DNA of 43,611 bases from Candidatus Uhrbacteria bacterium (GTDB lineage: Bacteria > Patescibacteriota > Patescibacteriia > UBA9934 > UBA11717), in contig DOMJ01000003.1 of the NCBI GenBank assembly GCA_003509895.1, positions 351 to 43,961 on the forward strand, written 5' to 3'. The translations under genes were made by a program, and so were the position numbers. The notes beneath the pieces were generated by a model. The model saw only the letters and a program-made list of their open reading frames with translations. It ran no database searches and had not been told where the DNA came from. Shown in pieces: positions 24,698 through 35,085 of the stretch (position 1 is the first letter of the stretch; each line of letters starts with the position of its first letter).

Positions 24698-24784
24698 GGA
24701 TCAAAAGAATCTGTATTTTAGTTGTCAAGCCACAACTACTTGACTTCTCGTGCAAAAGGGTATGTGCCTGTCCACCTAAATGTC

Positions 24785-24813
24785 TTGACATAACGGGTTT
24801 TTAGATTTAATGT
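24785..24813 (+). promoter_or_regulatory. atp operon promoter TTGACA-17-TAATGT
   Basis: TTGACA at 24785-90 and TAATGT at 24808-13. Confidence 0.55.
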
Positions 24814-24824
24814 GTTTTCGCTTT

Positions 24825-25079
24825 ATGAAGATTTTTACATGGCATCATCGATTTCTCATTGCGTCGTCTACTTTTTTGGTCGTTTTGGTGTTTGGCGCTC
24901 TGGGTTGGTGGATTGGAAGCGCTGCGGGATCTGTTCCTGCAGGGGTCATGATCGCCGTCCTGTTTTCTTATCCGGTATCCTTGTGGCTTGTCGCTCGTAC
25001 GGTTCGGCATTCGTTTGCTAAGACGATTCTCAAGGAAGAACTGGAAGAAAACCCATCAACGGATCAACAAAAACAATAG
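24825..25079 (+). CDS. small two-TM protein at the head of the atp operon (AtpI/AtpZ-like)
   Basis: Called from its position immediately upstream of atpB and two hydrophobic helices. Start set at 'MKIF', because the track's ATG at 24810 lies inside the -10 box. Confidence 0.5.
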   Translation: MKIFTWHHRFLIASSTFLVVLVFGALGWWIGSAAGSVPAGVMIAVLFSYPVSLWLVARTVRHSFAKTILKEELEENPSTDQQKQ

Positions 25080-25082
25080 TAT

Positions 25083-25910
25083 ATGGATATCTCACTACCG
25101 GCACGCGTGATTACGTATCTTGGGCCGATTCCGCTCACCGATGGGCAGCTCGGAGCAATACTTGTGTCTCTTTTTACCATCCTCTTTTTTGTGCTTTCCG
25201 CTCGTCGTTTTTCGCTTGTTCCAACACGAATGCAGCTTGTTTTGGAATTTGTACACGACTACATTATGGAGCAGTTGGAAAATGCGTTTCACTCAAAAAA
25301 ACGGGCAAATGCGTTTTTTCCCCTTTTTATGACGCTGCTCATTTTTATTCTTGTTTCCAATCAATTCGCTCTCATGCCACTCGTTTTTGAAATTATGACA
25401 AGTGGTGGCGATGTTTTTAGACAACCAACGTCGGACCTGACCAATACACTGGCGTTGTCTTTGGTGATCTTTCTTATCTGCCATTTTATGGCCTTTAAGA
25501 TTTCTCCATTAAAACACCTGTCCAACTTTTTTAACGTTATGCCTCTCTTGAGAGCGCGATCCGTTGGCGCCGTGTTTAGTGCAGGTATCGAATTTTTTAT
25601 TGGACTGTTGAATATTATTGGTGAATTTGCAAAGATTGTTTCTCTCGCAGCACGTTTGTTTGGAAATGTTTTTGCCGGAAACGTGATGGTGGCCGTTATT
25701 ATGAGTTTGAGTTTTTATACGCAGTTTTTGGCGCCATTGCCGTTTATTGTGTTGAGTACCTTCTCCGGACTCGTTCAATCATTTGTGTTTATGTTGCTGG
25801 CGATCCAGTTTGTTGCGCTCTCCATTGACGGTGCCACACCGGCGCAAGACGAGCAGATTTCACAAGAATCCTTGGAAGTTGGCAGTTCGAATATAGCCGT
25901 TGGGGCATAG
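25083..25910 (+). CDS. atpB: F-type ATP synthase Fo subunit a
   Basis: 'SLAARLFGNVFAGNVM', containing the essential Arg motif, plus a polytopic membrane profile. Confidence 0.92.
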   Translation: MDISLPARVITYLGPIPLTDGQLGAILVSLFTILFFVLSARRFSLVPTRMQLVLEFVHDYIMEQLENAFHSKKRANAFFPLFMTLLIFILVSNQFALMPLVFEIMTSGGDVFRQPTSDLTNTLALSLVIFLICHFMAFKISPLKHLSNFFNVMPLLRARSVGAVFSAGIEFFIGLLNIIGEFAKIVSLAARLFGNVFAGNVMVAVIMSLSFYTQFLAPLPFIVLSTFSGLVQSFVFMLLAIQFVALSIDGATPAQDEQISQESLEVGSSNIAVGA

Positions 25911-25930
25911 ATTCGAGCTTTTAACTACTA

Positions 25931-26185
25931 ATGGTTTATAACAAATCACTATCTATGGATATTGAAGCGGCAAAGTTGTTAGCGGCAGGTATTTGTATGG
26001 GTTTGGGTGCTATTGGTCCCGGTATTGGAGAGGGATATGTTGGAGGAAAAGCTTTGGAGGCTATTGGTCGCAATCCTTCTATTCAAAATAAAATTATCCC
26101 AAACATGGTGGTTGCTATGGCGATCACCGAGTCCACAGGTATTTATGCGCTTGTGATTTCTTTGATTATTCTCTTCGTGCTCTAA
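25931..26185 (+). CDS. atpE: F-type ATP synthase Fo subunit c
   Basis: Hairpin protein with 'GLGAIGPGIGEGYVGGKA' and the carboxylate helix 'AMAITESTGIYALVISL'. An alternative start at 25955 (MDIEAAK) gives 76 aa. Confidence 0.92.
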   Translation: MVYNKSLSMDIEAAKLLAAGICMGLGAIGPGIGEGYVGGKALEAIGRNPSIQNKIIPNMVVAMAITESTGIYALVISLIILFVL

Positions 26186-26188
26186 CCT

Positions 26189-26704
26189 ATGGACGCCCTG
26201 GCAAAACTTGGCATTGATGGATGGGGCATTTTTCTGTATCTCGTGAACTTTGGTGTATTGCTATTTGTTCTGCAGCGCTTTGCCTACAAGCCGTTACGGC
26301 TCTATTTGGATCAGCGTCGCGAGCAAATTAAGGAAAACATAGAGGAGGCAGAGTCTCTTCGAGCCACGTTGGAAGCAGAGCGAGAACGTGAGGTTATTGA
26401 TCGTAGGGAGCGCGAGGCACATCTGCAAGCACGACTTCTTGAAGCAAAACGTATTATGAAGGAGGAGGCAAAGAGTCTTCTCACAGATGCGGTGTCACGG
26501 CGCGACGTTATCCTAACACAGGCGGGAGAACAGGCACAACGACTCACTGAGGGGGCACTACAAGAGGCGGAAGAGGAAACCATCAAGCGCATTCGTCAGG
26601 TTGTCCTGCATGTTCTTGGCGATTCACTCTCCGAGGATGTTGTAAAAGAAAGTGTTCGTGAAAGCTGGAAGCACGTGACCGGTACATCGTCCTATGGTCA
26701 GTAA
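26189..26704 (+). CDS. atpF: F-type ATP synthase Fo subunit b
   Basis: An N-terminal TM, then a long charged coiled coil ('LRLYLDQRREQIKENIEEAESLR...'). Called partly from operon position. Confidence 0.88.
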   Translation: MDALAKLGIDGWGIFLYLVNFGVLLFVLQRFAYKPLRLYLDQRREQIKENIEEAESLRATLEAEREREVIDRREREAHLQARLLEAKRIMKEEAKSLLTDAVSRRDVILTQAGEQAQRLTEGALQEAEEETIKRIRQVVLHVLGDSLSEDVVKESVRESWKHVTGTSSYGQ

Positions 26705-27332
26705 CGCGATTTCCGCCATGGTGGTAGATGTTCTGCTTGTTGTGAGAGATCGAGCGTTTTTTGCATGCGAACAAGAAAAAAAATCCGTTCGTATTACAGA
26801 TGTTTTAGGAAAGAGCTACCCACGATCCCTCAGGGCATACGTAGGCAGAGTCTCTGAAGAGGTGTGCCTCCAGCAGATAGAGGAGATGGCGTCACGATTG
26901 GGATCAGACTCCTCCTTATTTCAGGACGTGCCAAAATTGGGAGAGAAAAACGATCTTTTTCTGGCATGCCTTGATGTGTTGAAGACGGATTTGTTGAAAA
27001 ACCTCACTTCAGCCGTGGAGCAGCGGTCATTTTTTGGCAGATATTGCGCGCATATTGTCCGTGGGGGTGCTCTCTATGAGCGAGCGTTTATACGTGAAGT
27101 TCAGGAACTACTCTTGTACGCCGGTCAAGGAGATTCGCCGTTGATTCAGATTGCTGCTGATCTTTCAGAATCAGAAAAGCAAGAGATATTGTGTGCCGTG
27201 CCAATGCCAGGCATTCCTGCGATACAGGTGCACAGAGAGTTATTGGGTGGTGTGCGACAGTTTTATAACGGAACGATGCAGGATGATAGTTGGCGGGCGC
27301 GACTGATACGCGTGTTAAATGTTGTTACATAG
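26694..27332 (+). CDS. atpH: F-type ATP synthase subunit delta (divergent)
   Basis: Called from its position between atpF and atpA, and the C-terminal 'VHRELLGGVRQFYNGTMQDDSWRARL', which resembles the OSCP/delta C-terminus. The N-terminal half is not recognisably OSCP-like to me. Confidence 0.7.
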   Translation: MVSNAISAMVVDVLLVVRDRAFFACEQEKKSVRITDVLGKSYPRSLRAYVGRVSEEVCLQQIEEMASRLGSDSSLFQDVPKLGEKNDLFLACLDVLKTDLLKNLTSAVEQRSFFGRYCAHIVRGGALYERAFIREVQELLLYAGQGDSPLIQIAADLSESEKQEILCAVPMPGIPAIQVHRELLGGVRQFYNGTMQDDSWRARLIRVLNVVT

Positions 27333-27334
27333 AT

Positions 27335-28843
27335 ATGGCAAACGAATCATTACAAAAATTTTTTCACGGGCTCGATAGCGCTCTTCAGCACCTTGAGCAA
27401 TCAACACAAACGCAGGAAGCAGGAGTGATCCGATCCGTGAAGGATGGAGTGATCCACGTGTACGGGTTACTGGGATTGCGTATGGGGGAGGTTGTTCGAA
27501 TTGACGAGGCAGGCGTGGAGGCACTCGTGATGCAGTTGGAGGGCAGAAACGCCTACGCAGTTTTATTGCAGGCAAGTCAATCCGTAAAGGAGGGCCAGGC
27601 GGTCCAGACAACGGGTCAGTTTTTGGGAGTGCGGGTGAGCGAGCAGATTCTTGGTCGCGTTGTAGACGCGCTTGGCCGTCCTTTAGATGAACAGACACCA
27701 TTGAAGGGTGGGTCTTTTATGCCTTTGGAGCGTATTGCACCGGGTGTTATGACGCGCGAACCGGTTTCCGAACCCGTACAAACAGGTATTGTGGCGATTG
27801 ATGCCATGATTCCAATTGGTCGCGGACAACGAGAGTTGATTATTGGAGACAGACAAACAGGAAAAACAACTGTCGCCATAGACGCTATCTTAAACCAAAA
27901 AGGTCAGGGGATGGTGTGCGTGTACGTGGCCATTGGACAACGCGAATCAAGTGTTGCGACGGTTGTGCGAACACTACAAGCGCAGGGTGCTATGGAATAC
28001 ACAGTTGTTGTTAACGCTTCTGCCGCTTCGCCTGCCGTAACCCAATACCTTGCCCCATACACGGGAGCAGCGATCGGCGAGTATTTTATGGAGAAGGGTC
28101 AGGATGTGCTTATTGTCTACGATGATCTGTCCAGACATGCCGTCAGCTACCGTGAACTTTCTCTTTTGCTGCGACGACCACCGGGACGTGAAGCCTATCC
28201 GGGAGACGTGTTTTATTTGCACTCTCGTCTTTTGGAGCGCGCGGCGCGTTTGGATGCAAAACATGGGGGTGGCAGCATGACGGCTCTTCCCATTGTAGAG
28301 ACGCAGGCAAACGATGTGTCTGCCTATATTCCGACAAACGTTATTTCTATTACCGACGGACAGATCTTTTTGGAGTCTGACTTGTTTTATAGTGGCACAC
28401 GTCCGGCTATTAACATTGGTGTTTCCGTATCTCGCGTGGGAGGAGCGGCACAAACAAAGATCATGAAGAAAGTCTCCGGAAGCGCTAAGCTTGATCTTGC
28501 GCAGTACTATGAGTTGGCGGCGTTTACCCAGTTTGCAAGTGAACTTGATGACGCAACAAAACAACAGCTTACGCGCGGACAGCGTGTTGTTGAGGCAATG
28601 AAGCAAAAAGAAAATAGTCCGTATGCTCTTTGGAAAGAAGTCGTTGTGCTACGGGCGGCCACGGGCGGGTACTTGGATGAGATTCCGGTAGCGGAGGTAA
28701 AAGTACGCCTGGAAGCTCTTCTTCAGCGTGTCACATTGGAATATCCTGCGTTGATTAAATCCATTGAAGCGGAAAAGGTGCTCACGGACGAAATTGACGC
28801 AACACTCAATACGGCTATCGGGGCAATCGTAACGTCTTTCTAA
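27335..28843 (+). CDS. atpA: F-type ATP synthase F1 subunit alpha
   Basis: Walker A 'GDRQTGKT', 'ELIIGDRQ' and 'PGREAYPGDVFYLHSRLLERA'. Start at 27335 (the track ORF starts at 27290 inside atpH). Confidence 0.96.
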   Translation: MANESLQKFFHGLDSALQHLEQSTQTQEAGVIRSVKDGVIHVYGLLGLRMGEVVRIDEAGVEALVMQLEGRNAYAVLLQASQSVKEGQAVQTTGQFLGVRVSEQILGRVVDALGRPLDEQTPLKGGSFMPLERIAPGVMTREPVSEPVQTGIVAIDAMIPIGRGQRELIIGDRQTGKTTVAIDAILNQKGQGMVCVYVAIGQRESSVATVVRTLQAQGAMEYTVVVNASAASPAVTQYLAPYTGAAIGEYFMEKGQDVLIVYDDLSRHAVSYRELSLLLRRPPGREAYPGDVFYLHSRLLERAARLDAKHGGGSMTALPIVETQANDVSAYIPTNVISITDGQIFLESDLFYSGTRPAINIGVSVSRVGGAAQTKIMKKVSGSAKLDLAQYYELAAFTQFASELDDATKQQLTRGQRVVEAMKQKENSPYALWKEVVVLRAATGGYLDEIPVAEVKVRLEALLQRVTLEYPALIKSIEAEKVLTDEIDATLNTAIGAIVTSF

Positions 28844-28844
28844 C

Positions 28845-31149
<2,305 letters not shown>

Positions 31150-31150
31150 T

Positions 31151-31555
31151 ATGCCAACGTTTCGTTTGCAACTAGTAACACCCGTAGAGACGCTCTTTGA
31201 TGGAGCGGTTGATTCGGTGCGTCTGAAGACCGATCTTGGGCGCATGGAGGTATTGCCAAATCACGCAACACTCGTGGGAACGATTTTGTACTCAAAAGTA
31301 TACTCGCGCCATCTGGGGGTAGAAGAGAAGTACATTATTCGCCACGGGAGCGTGCAGGTAAATAAGCAGGGAGATGTAACAATCTTGGCGTTGGAAGCAC
31401 ACAAGGAGTCGGAAATGACGGTCAAAACGATGGAGGAATATCTGCACTTTTTGGCAGAGCAGTTGGACGACCCACATGCGTTTAATGATTATCAAAAACA
31501 GTTTTTGCAGGATCAACGAGAGGCACTTGAGCATGCCATAGCCGACGTTGAGTAG
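31151..31555 (+). CDS. atpC: F-type ATP synthase F1 subunit epsilon
   Basis: Start at 'MPTFRLQLVTP', 1 nt after the atpD stop. Called from operon position and size (134 aa). Confidence 0.88.
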   Translation: MPTFRLQLVTPVETLFDGAVDSVRLKTDLGRMEVLPNHATLVGTILYSKVYSRHLGVEEKYIIRHGSVQVNKQGDVTILALEAHKESEMTVKTMEEYLHFLAEQLDDPHAFNDYQKQFLQDQREALEHAIADVE

Positions 31556-31560
31556 TGCGT

Positions 31561-31605
31561 AAGACCCGTAGCAGGTAAGACCCATGCGCGGGTCTTTTGT
31601 TTTTG
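31561..31605 (+). terminator. atp operon intrinsic terminator with a duplicated 5' arm
   Basis: GGGTCTT (31590-96) pairs with AAGACCC (31577-83). Alternatively CGGGTCTT pairs with the upstream copy AAGACCCG (31561-68). TTTTGTTTTT follows. Confidence 0.8.
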
Positions 31606-31663
31606 ATGAGGAATTCTTCTGGTAAAAGCATGAGATATAAAGGCGTTTTGTGGATAAGGAGAA

Positions 31664-31692
31664 TTGACAGAATAGTAAAATTCACGTATAGA
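31664..31692 (+). promoter_or_regulatory. sigma70-type promoter TTGACA-17-TATAGA
   Basis: A perfect -35 at 31664-69 and TATAGA at 31687-92, about 45 nt upstream of the first GC-rich ORF. Confidence 0.6.
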
Positions 31693-31736
31693 AGAGCAAC
31701 CAAAAGGCCGTGATGGCTATTGGTGAAGGAGTGAAG

Positions 31737-31982
31737 ATGACGCTTGGGGAAATGTTGGATGCTCTGAAGGAGATTACTCAACGGCTCGTCCGCAATGAAC
31801 GGATCATGGGTGCGACGATGAGTCGCTACATTGAGCTCAAGGGAGAACTCTGTGCTGCTCTTTGTCGGCAGCTGCAGGTGAGGAACATCGATGAAGCGCG
31901 AGCGCTTCCCTCGGACACGGCGATGGGCGAGCGTGTCAAGAATTTGTTCGCGAGTCTTAGTCGTCACGCAGCGGCGTTCTAG
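31737..31982 (+). CDS. GC-rich ORFan A (81 aa, predicted helical), no family recognised
   Basis: SD GAAGGAG (31725-31) lies 5 nt before the ATG at 31737. The track ORF starts at 31710. GC3-rich codon usage is unlike the flanking genes. Confidence 0.55.
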   Translation: MTLGEMLDALKEITQRLVRNERIMGATMSRYIELKGELCAALCRQLQVRNIDEARALPSDTAMGERVKNLFASLSRHAAAF

Positions 31983-32022
31983 TCGGAAGACGGTCCACTG
32001 GGACCGCAGAGAGGAGAAAGAG

Positions 32023-32337
32023 ATGATCATTACGGTGCAAGAGGCGCTGCGGCGCGTAGAACGAATCAGGGGCATCTCGGCCGATACCAGGGCGGAGATT
32101 CCGATGGGATGGGAGGACACCCTTGCGGAGCTCGTGGATGGCCTTCTCGTTGACATCTTCCGGCAGTGCCAGGTGTGCGAGGTTGGTGGTCTGACGGACG
32201 ATCATCAACGAGAGCTGCTCGATGCAGTCGCGAATCTCTCGTTCAACGCACTGGTGAAGCACGGACAGCTGGTGGCGCCAAGCAGGCCCCAGCTTCTCCC
32301 GGCTCCGGTCCGTCCTCCTCGGGGCTGGAGGCTCTGA
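32023..32337 (+). CDS. GC-rich ORFan B (104 aa, acidic helical core, Pro/Arg-rich tail), no family recognised
   Basis: SD GAGGAG (32011-16) lies before the ATG at 32023. I counted 61/100 GC in its first 100 nt. The track lists it inside ORF 31891..32337. Confidence 0.55.
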   Translation: MIITVQEALRRVERIRGISADTRAEIPMGWEDTLAELVDGLLVDIFRQCQVCEVGGLTDDHQRELLDAVANLSFNALVKHGQLVAPSRPQLLPAPVRPPRGWRL

Positions 32338-32350
32338 TTACGATTGAGGT

Positions 32351-32400
32351 GCACTCGTGCGGCAGGTCCTCTGCCGGCTCGCGGGTGCGCTGATTTTTTT
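32351..32400 (+). terminator. putative intrinsic terminator after ORFan B
   Basis: An interrupted hairpin of about 15 bp (32351-32388, with GGCAG/CTGCC at the tip) is followed 5 nt later by T7 (32394-32400). Confidence 0.5.
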
Positions 32401-32420
32401 ATGCACGCGCTACGCCACCC

Positions 32421-32449
32421 TTGCTTTTATTACAAAACGTGCTTTAATA
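32421..32449 (+). promoter_or_regulatory. possible promoter TTGCTT-17-TTAATA
   Basis: It lies in the only AT-rich patch of the island, about 55 nt upstream of ORFan C. Confidence 0.4.
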
Positions 32450-32505
32450 CCACCGCGCTGCAATGCTGCAGCCGGAACAGGCCTCCAAGAGGCCGAGAGG
32501 AAGAG

Positions 32506-32823
32506 ATGCGAGCAGGCATTGCGATCGCGAATGCGATCAAAGCGAACATGAAGAATCTGGGAGACGATGAGTTCGGTAGGTCGCTGTCCACCGTGACCGC
32601 CCTTCTCACCGTTATGACAGAGTCTGTGGACGAATGCCACCTTGATGAGGTGACCGCCTGTCTGGAGGCCGTCATGGGCAGTGAACGACTGCAGATAGAC
32701 CCGAGGGCGGGTACTGCGTTCGAACGTGCCACTTGTACCAATCTGTTGGGTGAGCTGGAGTATAAGCTCAAGGAACGCAAGACGGCGCTGGAAGAGGCGC
32801 ACAGACGCATCAGACACTACTAG
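32506..32823 (+). CDS. GC-rich ORFan C (105 aa, predicted helical), no family recognised
   Basis: SD-like GAGAGGAAGAG lies immediately before the ATG at 32506. The track lists it inside ORF 32344..32823. Codons are GC3-rich. Confidence 0.55.
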   Translation: MRAGIAIANAIKANMKNLGDDEFGRSLSTVTALLTVMTESVDECHLDEVTACLEAVMGSERLQIDPRAGTAFERATCTNLLGELEYKLKERKTALEEAHRRIRHY

Positions 32824-32832
32824 CTACGACGT

Positions 32833-32855
32833 AAAGGGGCCCGAGTGGTCCCTTT
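32833..32855 (+). terminator. stem-loop after ORFan C (possible terminator, no U-run)
   Basis: AAAGGGGCC-CGAGT-GGTCCCTTT is a 9-bp stem with one G-U pair. Confidence 0.4.
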
Positions 32856-32863
32856 AAATTATC

Positions 32864-32892
32864 TTGACGCAGACCGCTCAAATCGCTACACT
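32864..32892 (+). promoter_or_regulatory. lysK promoter TTGACG-17-TACACT, 9 nt upstream of the ATG (leaderless candidate)
   Basis: TTGACG at 32864-69 and TACACT at 32887-92, with the ATG at 32902 and no SD. Confidence 0.55.
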
Positions 32893-32901
32893 CAACACAC
32901 T

Positions 32902-34524
32902 ATGGCACAACGAATTTCAAAAAATATCTTGCAAGCAGACGGAATCTTTTGGGGAAAAGCCATAGCGGAAGAGATTATTCGTCAACGGCCGGAGAAAGAT
33001 GTTTATGTTGTTTCTTCCGGTATCAGTCCTTCGGGGCCCATCCATTTTGGAAACTTTCGGGAAATTGTTACGCAGCACGTGGTGAAGCGGGAACTTGAGC
33101 AGCTGGGAAAAAAGGTCCGTTTTGTTTTTGTGTGGGATGATTTTGATGCAATGCGAAAAGTGCCCGCAGGCGTGGATGAGAGCTTTGCTGAATTTCTACG
33201 CAAACCGCTTTCCGCTATCCCATCTCCCACAGGAGAGGGGAACTGGGCACAGGTGCATGAGCGTGTGTTTGAGGCAACACTCAAAGAATTTGGAATAGAA
33301 ACAGAATTTTTGTATCAAACACAGGCGTACAAGAGCGGACAGTACGACGCCTTTCTGAAAACGGCCATGCAAAAACGGGAGGTGATCGCCCGTATTTTGT
33401 TGCGTCACATGTCGGACAAGGCAAAAGCAGCTAAGGAAATTGTGGAAGAGACATATGTGGCAACCTTTTATCCCGTCTCTGTTTTTTCTTCTTGGACGGG
33501 CAAGGATACAACGGAGATTTTGGCGTACGACGGAGAGAGCACTATCACGTATCGTTGTTTAGAAACAGGTAAGGAGGAAACGATTGATTTTACACAAACG
33601 CATCAAATGAAGTTTGCTTGGAAGGTAGACTGGGCTATGCGTTGGGCACTTATGGGCGTAGATTTTGAATCCGCCGGCAAGGATCACAATTCGCCAAACG
33701 GGTCGTTTGATGTGAGCTCGGACATTGTACGCGAGGTATTTGAGGCGGAGGGCCCTATTGGTCTTGCGTATGAATTTATTGGTATACAGGGGTTGGGAGC
33801 AAAAATGAGCGGTTCCAAAGGGAACGCAGTGACCCCCGGTCAACTCGTAGAGATGTACGAAATTCCACTTTTGTTGTGGCTGTATGCGCGCAAGCTTCCG
33901 TCTCAGCGATTTGATTTGGCGTTTAATTCGGAAATCGTGCGACAATATAGCGAGTTTGATCGTGAGATTGAATTATTGCATAAGGGAGAATTATCCGATG
34001 TGCGCGTGGAGGCGTTAAAGGTGGCCGGAGCAGACATGACGCCGGTTAATCCTATTCCGTTGCGGCAGGCAATCGCGCTCGGGCAGATTGTGCAATGGGA
34101 TGTAAAAAAGGTTGTTTTTATGCTCACGTCGCTCCAGATGGATTACAATCAGGCGAGCGTGGCCTCCAGACTTCAAAAAGCGCGTGCCTATTTGGAAACC
34201 TATAATCGGGAGGAGATGGTTGCTCTGCGCGAGGAGATGAACACGGGATATCAAGCAACGTTAACAGCTGATCGGAAAGCCGCCATTCAACAATTGCGAC
34301 AATTTTTGCAGAGTGGGGAGGAACAAATTGACGTTATTGAGAAAGAAATGTACGAGATTCCCAAGCGAGAGGGGATGGATGAGAAGGAGCTCAAGATGGC
34401 GCAGCGAGCCTTTTTTACAGACGTGTACAATTTGTTGATCGGTAAAGACACCGGTCCGCGATTGTCTACGTTTTTATGGGCCATTGATCGTCAAAAAGCG
34501 CTAGAACTCTTAGACGTATCGTAA
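32902..34524 (+). CDS. lysK: lysyl-tRNA synthetase, class I
   Basis: Class I signatures 'SGISPSGPIHFGNFRE' (HIGH-like) and 'KMSGSKGN' (KMSKS-like). Start at 'MAQRISKNIL' (the track starts at a GTG at 32845 inside the upstream hairpin). Confidence 0.9.
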   Translation: MAQRISKNILQADGIFWGKAIAEEIIRQRPEKDVYVVSSGISPSGPIHFGNFREIVTQHVVKRELEQLGKKVRFVFVWDDFDAMRKVPAGVDESFAEFLRKPLSAIPSPTGEGNWAQVHERVFEATLKEFGIETEFLYQTQAYKSGQYDAFLKTAMQKREVIARILLRHMSDKAKAAKEIVEETYVATFYPVSVFSSWTGKDTTEILAYDGESTITYRCLETGKEETIDFTQTHQMKFAWKVDWAMRWALMGVDFESAGKDHNSPNGSFDVSSDIVREVFEAEGPIGLAYEFIGIQGLGAKMSGSKGNAVTPGQLVEMYEIPLLLWLYARKLPSQRFDLAFNSEIVRQYSEFDREIELLHKGELSDVRVEALKVAGADMTPVNPIPLRQAIALGQIVQWDVKKVVFMLTSLQMDYNQASVASRLQKARAYLETYNREEMVALREEMNTGYQATLTADRKAAIQQLRQFLQSGEEQIDVIEKEMYEIPKREGMDEKELKMAQRAFFTDVYNLLIGKDTGPRLSTFLWAIDRQKALELLDVS

Positions 34525-34536
34525 TATGCCATAATC

Positions 34537-34563
34537 AACCCCTGCTTTGCGGGGGTTTTGGTT
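34537..34563 (+). terminator. lysK intrinsic terminator
   Basis: aacccctgc-ttt-gcgggggtttt, followed by ggtttgtg. Confidence 0.7.
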
Positions 34564-34581
34564 TGTGTACACACGTATTCC

Positions 34582-34610
34582 TTGACAGGGTGTTGGAAAT
34601 GACATAGATT
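34582..34610 (+). promoter_or_regulatory. sigma70-type promoter TTGACA-17-TAGATT
   Basis: A perfect -35 at 34582-87 and TAGATT at 34605-10. Confidence 0.6.
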
Positions 34611-34643
34611 TCTATCCGACCTTATCGGTCGGCGGAAGAAATC

Positions 34644-35021
34644 ATGGACGTTGTAAAGCCTGTTTTATTGAGACTGATTGGCATGTTCGTGGACAGCAAG
34701 GGGGTCTGGGAGCTGGTTGTTGGCTGGGACCAGGAGGCGCGGGCCTGCACGCTGCGGGAGATCCTGCGGCGGGCCTGGATGTGTTACCGGCTGGCGGACC
34801 AGCTGGACCGGGTAGGACTTCTGACGGAGGCACTGAGAACACCATCCGTGGTAATTCTGCCACGTCTCAGCTTCATCAACGAGGCGGAACGCCTCTTGGA
34901 TGCGCAGGCGGAAGTGGCTTACATGGCCACACACAAGGCGTGTCCGGCGCAATGTCCGCGCGAATTGTTCTATGATGAGGGACCACCTACCCAGCACGGC
35001 GTGGTGTCCATCGAAGCCTAG
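34644..35021 (+). CDS. GC-rich ORFan D (125 aa), no family recognised
   Basis: It has its own promoter, a 5'-UTR hairpin (CCGACC 34616-21 / GGTCGG 34627-32), a weak SD (GGAAG) and its own terminator. I counted 56 and 67 GC in its first two 100-nt blocks. Confidence 0.5.
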   Translation: MDVVKPVLLRLIGMFVDSKGVWELVVGWDQEARACTLREILRRAWMCYRLADQLDRVGLLTEALRTPSVVILPRLSFINEAERLLDAQAEVAYMATHKACPAQCPRELFYDEGPPTQHGVVSIEA

Positions 35022-35040
35022 CGGAACACGTCCGCCTTCA

Positions 35041-35075
35041 CAGCGAGAGCCGTCCTGGCCCTCGCTGAATTTTTT
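35041..35075 (+). terminator. intrinsic terminator after ORFan D
   Basis: CAGCGAG (35041-47) pairs with CTCGCTG (35061-67), with an inner GCC/GGC pairing, followed by AATTTTTT. Confidence 0.7.
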
Positions 35076-35085
35076 GAAGCCTCTG

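Noticed and set aside
27974-28606. Large minus-strand ORFs inside well-identified genes: 27974..28606 and 28649..29125 (atpA/atpG), 30285..30821 (atpD), 39200..39982 (helicase), 41205..41813 and 41862..42272 (mreB/mreC), and 10606..10953 (cfa).
   Set aside because: Each lies fully antisense to a CDS with unambiguous family motifs, and none has recognisable features of its own. They are treated as shadow ORFs.
31482-32156. A 224-aa minus-strand ORF spanning the atpC 3' end, the atp terminator and ORFan A/B. The related minus-strand ORFs are 31957..32262, 32410..32817, 32430..32810 and 34665..35102.
   Set aside because: These are antisense shadows of GC-rich plus-strand genes. The translations are S/R/T-rich. 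They cross terminators and promoters. They have no SD, whereas each plus-strand ORF has an SD, a promoter and a terminator in the right order.
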